A program made the position numbers and the translations under genes. Source: an uncultured delta proteobacterium (GTDB taxonomy: Bacteria; Myxococcota_A; Polyangia; Polyangiales; Houyiibacteriaceae). Taken from it: DNA of 64,000 nt. The stretch lies in NCBI GenBank assembly GCA_963699755.1, contig CAVOVB010000003.1, positions 576,001-640,000 of the forward strand, read 5' to 3'. Positions 58,201 through 64,000 of this stretch are shown in pieces; position 1 is the stretch's first letter; each line of letters begins with the position of its first letter. The notes below the pieces were generated by a model, which made no database searches, was not told where the DNA came from, and saw nothing but the letters and a program-made list of their open reading frames with translations.

Positions 58201-59275
58201 CGATGCCGTGGAGCACCAGATCCTCGCTGAGCTCTACGCCACGATGCCGGACAAGACTTCGGAGGCCATCGCGGAGCACCAGTGGCTCCTCGCGTCCGAC
58301 CCGAACCGGCTCGATTCGTACACGGCCCTCTACAAGCTCTACTTCGATGCACGCGCCTACGACAAGGCCTGGTGCATCGCGCGAACTCTGTCCCACTTCA
58401 AGAAGGCGGACGCCGAGCAGCAGCAGTTCTACCAGCAGTACAAGCAGGACCGCGAGATCCAACCGAAGACGCGGCTCAGCAACGAGAACTGGGTCAAAGA
58501 CCTGATGCACGTCAACCAAGACATCTACATTTCCAAGATCATGGAGGTCATCGCCCCCGTGGTTCGTGCGTCGCTCGCCGTGCCAGACAAGAAGCTCAAT
58601 CTGAACAAGCGCAAGCCCGAAGACCTCGCCAACCCGAGCCTCGCACTCGCGCGGCAGTTCAAGTTGGCGCAGGACGTTCTCAACGTGACCATCCCCGTTC
58701 GTCTCTTCATCCAAAAAGAGCTTTCGGGCGCCCTTCGAGACGAGCCGCGAAGCAACCCGCCGGCGATCATCACTGGCTACACGCTTCTCTCCGGCTACCG
58801 TCCCATCGACCTCGCGTTCGTTTGCGGGCGTCATCTCACCTATTACCGCGGAGAGCACTTCATCCGGACGATGTACCAGTCGCACACCGAGCTCAAGACG
58901 CTCCTCCTGGCCGCCATGCGCGTGGTTGGGATGGGCGGTGGAGATGCTGCGGTGGAGGCCACCGCGAAGCAACTCGCCAAGTACATGGATCAGCCGCATC
59001 TCGACGTGCTCAAGCAGGTGGTTCGCAAGTTCGTCGATGCAGGCGGCCACGCGGACATCAAGCGATGGATGCAGGCTGTGGAGATCACCGCGCTTCGCGC
59101 TGGCCTGCTGCTATGTGACGACGTCGATACCGCGGTTCACATGACGCAGCAAATCGCATCCGAGTCCACGGCCGACCTCGCGCCACGGGAGAAGGTCAAA
59201 GAGATCGTGCTCTACAGCATCTCGGAGAGCTACTTCCGGCTCCGCGAGCAACTGGGCATCCAAATCAAGGTCTGA
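49223..59275 (+). CDS. gltI: Giant TPR protein GltI (AgmK)-like
   Basis: 3350 aa uninterrupted TPR-like repeats, no signal peptide, C-terminal RAGLLLCDD...SESYFRLREQLGI. Located at the end of the glt cluster. Confidence 0.8.
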   Translation: MSEEQSGDEVRELTAAEEAELEKLDDAIAKFEEQKRWSDMIRSILKKAELVQAPAQKAELFRQGGALYLERSSNQAEAIKCFEQVLELEPQDSDAIERLKAMYEKRRDWEKLIRTMQREVELLSEDDQLLRYSEMADLATQRLRKPEVCIELWQKVLENDPENPNALNNLAQLYERAREWEPLAEVLETLVDSETDVASMKQQLQKLGMIYADKIGNDEGAIGAFKKLLDLDPSDRRAQEQLKRRYVSLGAWDELETFYAANEKWDELIRIVERQAEAEETSAEERIPLLFRAARLWEDKKGKADRAARVYEKILAADPDNVQAAEALTPIYQEAHDARKLVSVLEVRFAHAESGESKIELLRQIGHVFEERLRQPEVAFERYLEAFSLAPTHDEARVDVERLAEQMSGWDRLVSGFESAIDAVSDPHQAVPIRLSYGQTLTQLNRIDEAIDQYELVYGAESDNLDAIGALSDLYVRTERFRDLLDIYGRQIELEEDPDARLEITYRRARLYAEALNDRDKAIDAFEGIIDEYGVEQSDASRELEQLYEAESRWQDQAQLLERCIEAGPETQEELAALTFRLGRVCESKLDDKARSVDLYREVLSLLAEHEGAKGRLEQLLDDPEVAAEASRVLEPVYEMSEDWGPYVHALRVQHGFSSVPRERLQLLTRVADTYFQHIGDSDRGFASLCEAFREVPSDTATLQRLEMLASEHDSFESVAKLTGDLAATVEDPSLSRSLWIKTAQIHDSQLENQEAAVSAYRKVLEADPGDFEVLDLLDAVYRGAQRWPELVGVLRARAEAHVDPDEKIAVLAEMSRIHADLLEETDQAITLQNEILELDPSSRDALSALDGLLARQGLWSDLADNVERQLSTTDDQGEQTALLLRLAEIREERMGSTESAIEIYRDVLANDASNPAALGALERLLESSEHQATVADILEPIYKDGGASARLVEVYEIQAHHAIAPERRIELFHEIAKLKEFSLSDLHGAFESYARAFREDAGEPKSRAELERLSVAIGASDALAGVYEEAIACSEDRELAVGLLLRAAEIREEDLGQIDRAIEHYEKVLELDEEHRQSADALERMFQQAERYEDLAAIYRRKAQMLPSPTDKREQLVKAAAIYEDILERPMDAIAAHQEVLEVDPGDLQSLDRLIELQTQLGKWTSLLETYERKAEVVSDPDARKELFLATGQVYAGQLEDFEQAIDAYQRVLEIDPDDLRALSQLDGLYESTAQWRDLLQVLERQSELTADEDARNELRFRIGELWRTQLEDPTQAIEIYRDILADTPVHQPTLDALTAMTKDAVAPLAAAEALEQVYLQVGEFRKLAEVREAQIRFTEDPSERVEMLQQLAEIYELQLDDPPSAFNAFVRALPLDNGNELTLSSLERLAEQTSSWHEAASRYDAEVQKMKDEFPEDVVHLAKRSAVINEVQLDDVDAAISRYQFVVDIDPSDVAAIEALDRLYEQTERWDELAATLQKEAAVATTPDEILNLQFRTGQVYQNRLGNMDSAIEQYRDIIAAAPEYSPAVSALEDLFSRGVQPMAIGEVLEPLYRMQGNWDQLLNVQAVQVEHQSDPIERVIMMHRLAEIAENKADDHARAFEWMQKALLEDPSHDHSLGEAERLSAIVDGWTQLATTYANGIEHTGDPLSKAELGRRLAKVYENQLHDTERAEETYRFVLGVDDHDEKALVALDRIYSEHGAYRALAQVLRKRIEGSNNGSELLDLHFRLGTVLEQRLGCTEDAIEVFNKLLDDHDSEHADAIRALQGIYANLERWPELFATFEKELSIALGDLQQADIFARMAKLCSNRLGDAERAIGLWQRVLDLRGEDPEALNALGDIYAAQGNWRDLVDVLEREAGVADDDSFRIQVYSDLARVWHEKLGRERNAIENWERVLDIDEGNTYALFSIAEIHRESGQSRERADTLQRIIDVGAATLEDADLVTVYMQLGHIYGSELQQPSDAVDAYRNVLTIDPAFFEALDALELIHRQEGDWEAAIDVMEQRAQVLVEPHDKIRQLIAVTELWEAEVGRKDGGAGAFGRILEIDPMHQYAFSELQSLHKEAERWDELIDLYVTRIEATEDRDERIELLRAAARVYEEKLDDLEQAYHTLYIAWTEDFSNTNTAVDLERVTAASDRWNELLTSANAVLQEGQEPATQIAICLCCAKWYGQELGHPEYAIPYYEQIRALDPSNAKAWWQLGDLYETTQQWDKLAQALAKLVELTNDDEVKANTYVRMGDLADDRFAMRQEAEDYYRRALHLQERHVGALEALERIYREEGRSNKLLNILERKAEAVEDVDSIVSALLQVAEAYEERFDDRRAAIENYEKASELSPSDLSALRGLRRLYAQEGRYKELIGILEREYEVVATERERIEILMRLADMWQQEFRKPDNAADRLEQILDIDPLHDEALCRLEELYRAMQRWDDLVRTYDRHASATTDTEQRVRIFRDLGQVYASHKDDVEMAIDSYLNALNLDEQDLVSLRALTKLFERKADYAAALDTMGQLVGVVPEPAEQVALKHRMGRILDQELGDRVAALEQFQAAVDLDPAHLASLEAMRGIHVDSGDWIAAAKTLGLEIEHTEKDRIRAARLIELGRIRADRLDDEPGAVQAFEAAMAADPDNEDALLPLVDFYVAQERHEDAFPLLQTLVQRCDKCDDHEKHRLASTLGETATKLGNADEAVRAYERAYQLDSNDPVTLKGLAGAYFQAERWDDAFKYHQLILVQQRDALGRDEITEVFYRLGVIKREQGEDKKARNMFDKALEEDTHYVPALEAMVELQAAEGDWDSVVQYKKRILDVADDPSVRAALFVEVGDLWQEKLGDSDAAAEAYTESLDAEPENHVVLHKLLVAYQGAERWSEAIDVIERVAEIEERDEAKAKYMYTIGVILRDKLEDEDAALERFNEALDLDSQQLKPFEAINKLLNQRKDWKALERAYRKMLHRIINEGNTDLEHNLWHTLGIIYRDRQRNFDAAAESFRMAAGLKPDDAVEHQILAELYATMPDKTSEAIAEHQWLLASDPNRLDSYTALYKLYFDARAYDKAWCIARTLSHFKKADAEQQQFYQQYKQDREIQPKTRLSNENWVKDLMHVNQDIYISKIMEVIAPVVRASLAVPDKKLNLNKRKPEDLANPSLALARQFKLAQDVLNVTIPVRLFIQKELSGALRDEPRSNPPAIITGYTLLSGYRPIDLAFVCGRHLTYYRGEHFIRTMYQSHTELKTLLLAAMRVVGMGGGDAAVEATAKQLAKYMDQPHLDVLKQVVRKFVDAGGHADIKRWMQAVEITALRAGLLLCDDVDTAVHMTQQIASESTADLAPREKVKEIVLYSISESYFRLREQLGIQIKV

Positions 59276-59331
59276 GCCAGTCCGACTCGGCCGAGCGTGC
59301 ATGGGGCCCCGTCATGTGACAGGGCTTGGGC

Positions 59332-59805
59332 ATGCTGGAGCTCGACCTCGACAGTGAAGCCGAGACGCTTTCTCTCGCACGGTCGCTGGCGGCGGTGCTC
59401 GAGGGCGGCGACGTGATCGGGCTCGAAGGAGGGCTCGGCGCTGGAAAGACGACCTTCACGCGGGCTGCGATCTACGGGCTCGGCGTGTCTGAGCAAACCG
59501 CCGTGACGAGCCCGACCTTTGCGCTCCTGCACCGGTATCAGGGACGGCTGCCGATCGCCCACGCCGACTTCTATCGGCTTGGCGATGAGGTCGAGCTCGA
59601 GGAGCTTGGCGTCGACGAGCTTCTGGAAGAGGGCGCCGTCCTTTTCGTCGAGTGGGGCCGGAAGTTTCCCGCAATGGCGGGGCGCATTGCGGTCTGGGTC
59701 GAGCTCGAGATCGTCTCGGACCGCGCTCGACGCGCTCGATTGTATCCGCATGGTGGGCGCGGCGACGCGATCATCGGCGCGGTTCGCAAGCGAGTAGGAA
59801 GCTAG
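59332..59805 (+). CDS. tsaE: tRNA threonylcarbamoyladenosine biosynthesis ATPase
   Basis: LEGGLGAGKTTF, VTSPTF, HADFYRL, VEW. Confidence 0.95.
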   Translation: MLELDLDSEAETLSLARSLAAVLEGGDVIGLEGGLGAGKTTFTRAAIYGLGVSEQTAVTSPTFALLHRYQGRLPIAHADFYRLGDEVELEELGVDELLEEGAVLFVEWGRKFPAMAGRIAVWVELEIVSDRARRARLYPHGGRGDAIIGAVRKRVGS

Positions 59806-59874
59806 GGAAATCCCGGTTGCGGGGTGCATAGGGCTCTGGTAAGCCCGCGCGAACGCCGAGGTTGAACCAACTCC

Positions 59875-62800
59875 ATGCCCCGCCGCGATGATATTGAAAG
59901 CGTCCTTCTGATTGGGTCGGGGCCGATCGTGATCGGACAGGCCTGCGAGTTCGACTACTCCGGCACCCAGGGCGCCAAGGCGCTCAAAGAAGAGGGTTAT
60001 CGGATCATCTTGGTCAACTCGAATCCTGCGACGATCATGACCGACCCGGAGTTCGCGGACCGGACCTACGTCGAACCGCTGACGCCTGAGATCCTCGAGT
60101 CGATCATCGAACGAGAAAAGCCGGACGCAGTCCTTCCGACACTTGGCGGGCAGACGGCGCTCAACCTCGCCTTGGCGCTGGCCGACCGAGGCGTTCTCGA
60201 GAAGCACGGTGTCGAGCTGATCGGCGCCAACGTCGACGCCATCCGTAAGGCCGAGGAGCGTGAGCTGTTCAAGGCCGCGATGGACAAGATCGGGCTTGCA
60301 AGCGCGCGCGCCGAAGTCGCCCGCACCCTCGAAGACGCCAACGCAGCGGCCGAGCGAATCGGTTTTCCAATCATTTTGCGACCATCGCTGACGATGGGCG
60401 GATCGGGCGGCGGCGTCGCCTACAACAAAGCCGAGTTCGAGGAGGCGATTCGTTGGGCTTTCCAGTGCAGCCCGATTCACGAGTGCTTGATCGAAGAGAG
60501 CCTGATCGGCTGGAAGGAATACGAGCTCGAGGTCATTAGGGACAACGCCGACAACTTCGGCGTGATTTGCACGATCGAGAACTTGGACCCCATGGGCGTG
60601 CACACCGGGGACTCGATCACGGTCGCTCCTGCCATGACGCTTACCGACCGCGAGTATCAGCGTCTTCGTGATGCGGCGCGCGCGATCATCACCGAGATCG
60701 GCGTCGAAACCGGCGGCTCGAACATCCAGTTCTCGGTCAACCCGGCCGACGGCCGCGTGATCGTCATCGAGATGAACCCTCGCGTCTCGCGTTCGAGCGC
60801 GCTCGCCTCGAAGGCTACGGGCTACCCGATCGCCAAGATCGCGGCCAAGCTCGCCGTCGGCTATCGGCTCGACGAGCTGCAAAACGACATCACCGGTACG
60901 AGTGCGGCCTTCGAGCCGACCATCGACTATGTCGTCACCAAGATCCCCCGCTTCGCCTTCGAGAAGTTCGCTGGCGCCGACCCGCGCCTCACCACGCAAA
61001 TGAAGTCGGTCGGAGAGGCGATGGCGATCGGCCGCACTTTCAAGGAGTCGGTCCAAAAGGCTGCGCGCTCCTTGGAGACGGGCAGGGACGGGCTGACGTC
61101 GCTTCTCAGCAAAGTCGACTATCGCGACCTCGCCGCGCAGGTGCGGCGGCTCGTCGAGACGGGCGAAGCGATCAACACCGCCAAGCCGATGCTGGGGGAC
61201 TTGCCCAAGGCTACCGAAGGCGAGCTCCGAGAATCGATTCTCGACCTCATTCGAACGCCTTTGGCCGACCGCCTTTGGTACCTCGCCGATGGCCTTCGGG
61301 TCGGGCTCAGCGTCGAAGAGCTTCACGGGGCGACGCAAATCGACGTTTGGTTCCTCGAACAGATGCGCCAGATCATCGCCTTCGAGCAGGATCTCAAAGA
61401 CTCGTCCGGTCAACCGGCGACTGAGACGCTGCTCCGCCGGGCGAAAGAGCTCGGCTTCAGCGACGGCCAAATCGCGGCCCTCCGAGGCGAGGCCGCTAGG
61501 GATGTTCGCGCGGCGCGCGCGACGCACGGCGTCGAACCGGTTTACTCACGCGTCGACACCTGCGCTGCCGAGTTCCCAGCACTCACCCCGTACATGTACT
61601 CGACCTGGGGCCGCGACAACGAGGCAAGGGCAGACAGCGACACGAGAAAGGTCATGATCCTCGGCGGCGGCCCCAACCGCATCGGCCAGGGGATCGAGTT
61701 CGACTACTGCTGTGTGCACGCCTCCTTCGCTCTCAAAGAAATGGGCTTCGAGACGATCATGGTGAACTGCAACCCGGAGACGGTGTCCACCGACTACGAC
61801 ACCTCGGACAAGCTCTACTTCGAGCCACTCACCTTCGAAGACGTCATGCACATCGTGGAGGTCGAAAAGCCCGACGGCATCATCGTCCAGTTCGGCGGCC
61901 AGACCCCCTTGAAGCTCGCGGTGCCCCTGTCTCGCGCAGGCGTTCCGATTCTCGGTACCTCGGCGGACGCGATCGACCGTGCCGAAGACCGGGAGCGCTT
62001 CGAAGAGCTGCTGACCAAGCTCGGCCTCGATCGACCGCGTGGCGGCATCGCCCACGGGACCAAGGACGCCTTCACGGTCGCCGAACGCATCGGGTTCCCT
62101 GTCGTCGTTCGCCCGAGCTATGTGCTGGGCGGGCGAGCAATGGAGATCGTCCACTCCCAGGAAGAGCTCGCGCGCTACATGACCGTCGCGCTCGAGGCAG
62201 TGGCCGATGCAGAGACCCAGACGATTCTCGTCGACGAGTTCTTGAAGGACGCGATCGAGGTCGATGTGGACTGCGTCTCCGATGGCAAACACGTCGTCAT
62301 CGGCGGCCTGCTCCAGCACATCGAAGAGGCGGGGATCCATTCGGGCGATTCCTCGATGGCGCTTCCGGCACACGCGCTTCCGCCAGACGTTCTCGCCACG
62401 CTTCGTGCCTCTACCCGTGCCCTCGCGCTGGAGCTCGGCGTGATCGGCCTGATGAACGTCCAGTTCGCGGTTCGTGGAAGCGCGGTGTACGTCATCGAGG
62501 TGAACCCGCGGGCCTCGCGCACGATTCCCTTCATCAGTAAGGCGATCGGCGTGCCCCTCGCCAAGATCGCCGCCAAGGTCATGGCCGGCTCGACGCTCCG
62601 GGAGCTCGGCTACACGCGTGAAGTCGTCCCCCAGCACATCGCCGTCAAGGAGTCGGTCTTTCCGTTCACCAAGTTCCCCGGCGTCGACACGATTCTCAGC
62701 CCGGAGATGCGCTCGACCGGCGAGGTGATGGGCATCGCCGACAACTTCCCCGACGCTTTCTACAAAGCGCTTCTCTCCGCGTACACAGAGCTTCCCGACG

Positions 62801-63234
62801 AGGGCAAGGTCTTCATCAGCGTCAAAGAGGACGACAAATCCGCTGCTGCGGAGGTGGCGCGCCGCCTAAAGGAGCTGGGCTTCGACATCGTTGCCACCAA
62901 AGGCACCCGAGAGGTGCTCGAACGCGCGGGGGTCGACGCGGAGAATGTCTTCAAGGTCGGCGAGGGGAGGCCGCACAGCGTCGATCTGCTCCGAAATGGT
63001 GAGATCGCCCTCGTGGTCAACACTACCGAAGGCGCCAAGGCGATTCGAGACAGCCGCTCGATGCGACGCCAAACCGTCTTGAGTGACGTGCCGTATTTCA
63101 CGACGATCGCCGCGGCCGTCGCCGCAGTGGATGCGATCGAAGCGCGGCGCTTCGGGCCGCTGGCGGTTTGCTCTCTGCAGGAGTACCATGCGCAGAACCG
63201 CGAGCTACCGACGCTCCCGCCTCTGAGGCGCTAG
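59875..63234 (+). CDS. carB: Carbamoyl-phosphate synthase large subunit
   Basis: MPRRDDI...[17 protein letters not shown], duplicated ATP-grasp, [20 protein letters not shown] domain. Confidence 0.98.
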   Translation: MPRRDDIESVLLIGSGPIVIGQACEFDYSGTQGAKALKEEGYRIILVNSNPATIMTDPEFADRTYVEPLTPEILESIIEREKPDAVLPTLGGQTALNLALALADRGVLEKHGVELIGANVDAIRKAEERELFKAAMDKIGLASARAEVARTLEDANAAAERIGFPIILRPSLTMGGSGGGVAYNKAEFEEAIRWAFQCSPIHECLIEESLIGWKEYELEVIRDNADNFGVICTIENLDPMGVHTGDSITVAPAMTLTDREYQRLRDAARAIITEIGVETGGSNIQFSVNPADGRVIVIEMNPRVSRSSALASKATGYPIAKIAAKLAVGYRLDELQNDITGTSAAFEPTIDYVVTKIPRFAFEKFAGADPRLTTQMKSVGEAMAIGRTFKESVQKAARSLETGRDGLTSLLSKVDYRDLAAQVRRLVETGEAINTAKPMLGDLPKATEGELRESILDLIRTPLADRLWYLADGLRVGLSVEELHGATQIDVWFLEQMRQIIAFEQDLKDSSGQPATETLLRRAKELGFSDGQIAALRGEAARDVRAARATHGVEPVYSRVDTCAAEFPALTPYMYSTWGRDNEARADSDTRKVMILGGGPNRIGQGIEFDYCCVHASFALKEMGFETIMVNCNPETVSTDYDTSDKLYFEPLTFEDVMHIVEVEKPDGIIVQFGGQTPLKLAVPLSRAGVPILGTSADAIDRAEDRERFEELLTKLGLDRPRGGIAHGTKDAFTVAERIGFPVVVRPSYVLGGRAMEIVHSQEELARYMTVALEAVADAETQTILVDEFLKDAIEVDVDCVSDGKHVVIGGLLQHIEEAGIHSGDSSMALPAHALPPDVLATLRASTRALALELGVIGLMNVQFAVRGSAVYVIEVNPRASRTIPFISKAIGVPLAKIAAKVMAGSTLRELGYTREVVPQHIAVKESVFPFTKFPGVDTILSPEMRSTGEVMGIADNFPDAFYKALLSAYTELPDEGKVFISVKEDDKSAAAEVARRLKELGFDIVATKGTREVLERAGVDAENVFKVGEGRPHSVDLLRNGEIALVVNTTEGAKAIRDSRSMRRQTVLSDVPYFTTIAAAVAAVDAIEARRFGPLAVCSLQEYHAQNRELPTLPPLRR

Positions 63235-63276
63235 CTTTGGGTTGCCTTAGTTCAGGGCAGACATTACGAGTATCGG

Positions 63277-63747
63277 ATGAATCGGGTTCCGATGACCCCA
63301 GAAGGGCACGCCGCCCTAAGCGCTGAGCTCAACGCCCTCAAAGCCGAGCGGCCCAAGATCTCTCAGGAGATCGGGATCGCCCGCGAGCATGGGGACCTCA
63401 AAGAAAACGCCGAGTACCACGCCGCGAAAGAAAAGCAGGGCATGTGCGAGGCGCGCATCGCCGAGATCGAAGACAAGCTCTCCCGCGCCGAGGTCATCGA
63501 CCCGTCGACCCTCGGTGGCAGCAGGGTGAAGTTTGGTGCGTTCGTCGAGCTCGAGGACATGGACAACGGCAAGGTCGTCACGTACCGCCTGGTCGGTGCC
63601 GACGAGTCCGACCTGAAGCAGGGTAAGATCTCGATCACCTCTCCGGTGGCGCGCGCGCTCGTGGGCAAGGAAGTCGGCGACGAGGTGGCGGTCCAGACTC
63701 CGGGCGGCGTCCGAAACTACGAAATCAGCGACGTTCGCTGGGATTGA
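63277..63747 (+). CDS. greA: Transcription elongation factor GreA
   Basis: [32 protein letters not shown]. Confidence 0.96.
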   Translation: MNRVPMTPEGHAALSAELNALKAERPKISQEIGIAREHGDLKENAEYHAAKEKQGMCEARIAEIEDKLSRAEVIDPSTLGGSRVKFGAFVELEDMDNGKVVTYRLVGADESDLKQGKISITSPVARALVGKEVGDEVAVQTPGGVRNYEISDVRWD

Positions 63748-63779
63748 GTGAGCCTCGAACGGAGAGGCAGCGAGCGCTG

Positions 63780-64000
63780 GTGCCTAGACTGCTCGACCAT
63801 CCCGTCGAATCCTTGCCCGGCATAGGGCCGACGACCGGCGCACTCCTGCGTGCCCGTGGCTATGATTCAGTCGGCGACCTCTTGTGGCTTCTCCCACGGG
63901 GGTACGACGATCAACGAGAGCCCGTGCCGATTCACCGGCTTCGGGATGGTGTTTATGCGGTGGTCGAGGGGAGGGTCCGTCGGGCGCGCGCGTTTCCTCG
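63780..64000 (+). CDS. recG: ATP-dependent DNA helicase RecG, 5' part (runs off the window)
   Basis: Manual translation from GTG 63780: LDHPVESLPGIGP...RGYDSVGDLLWLLPRGYDD...AVVEGRV, typical of the RecG N-terminus. Confidence 0.75.
   Translation, partial: MPRLLDHPVESLPGIGPTTGALLRARGYDSVGDLLWLLPRGYDDQREPVPIHRLRDGVYAVVEGRVRRARAFP

Noticed and set aside
49223..59275. Giant ORF as a novel toxin, adhesin or NRPS
   Set aside because: Helical TPR-like repeats throughout and its position in the glt cluster fit the known GltI/AgmK.
59230..61527. 765-aa minus-strand ORF
   Set aside because: Antisense shadow of tsaE/carB caused by GC3 bias.

Overview
High-GC chromosomal window from a myxobacterium (Myxococcota, probably a Polyangia/Sandaracinaceae-like lineage, judged from gene content). 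Most of it is core genome: a peptide ABC transporter, rnpB, pdxA, a divergent uvrA, citrate synthase, ftsY, yraN, tsaE, carB, greA and the 5' end of recG. It also holds an almost complete Agl-Glt gliding-motility cluster (gltA/gltB-like barrels and gltK, facing away from gltC-D-E-F-G, a TPR gene and a giant gltI). The most notable element is an IS110-family (IS1111-type) insertion at about 30743-32125. It has sub-terminal inverted repeats and a DEDD recombinase with Thr at the catalytic-Ser position. Its downstream non-coding region contains two 50-nt-periodic stem-loop units. Their variable segments match the element's own ends (unit 2) and the flanking target DNA (unit 1), which makes this a readable bridge/seek-RNA candidate. 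Other leads are a cluster of two ATP-grasp ligases plus an M14 deacylase, an HDAC with a possible GNAT-like C-terminal fusion in an operon with a HACL-like ThDP enzyme, and a pseudo-receiver regulator. All calls come from reading motifs by eye; no searches were run.
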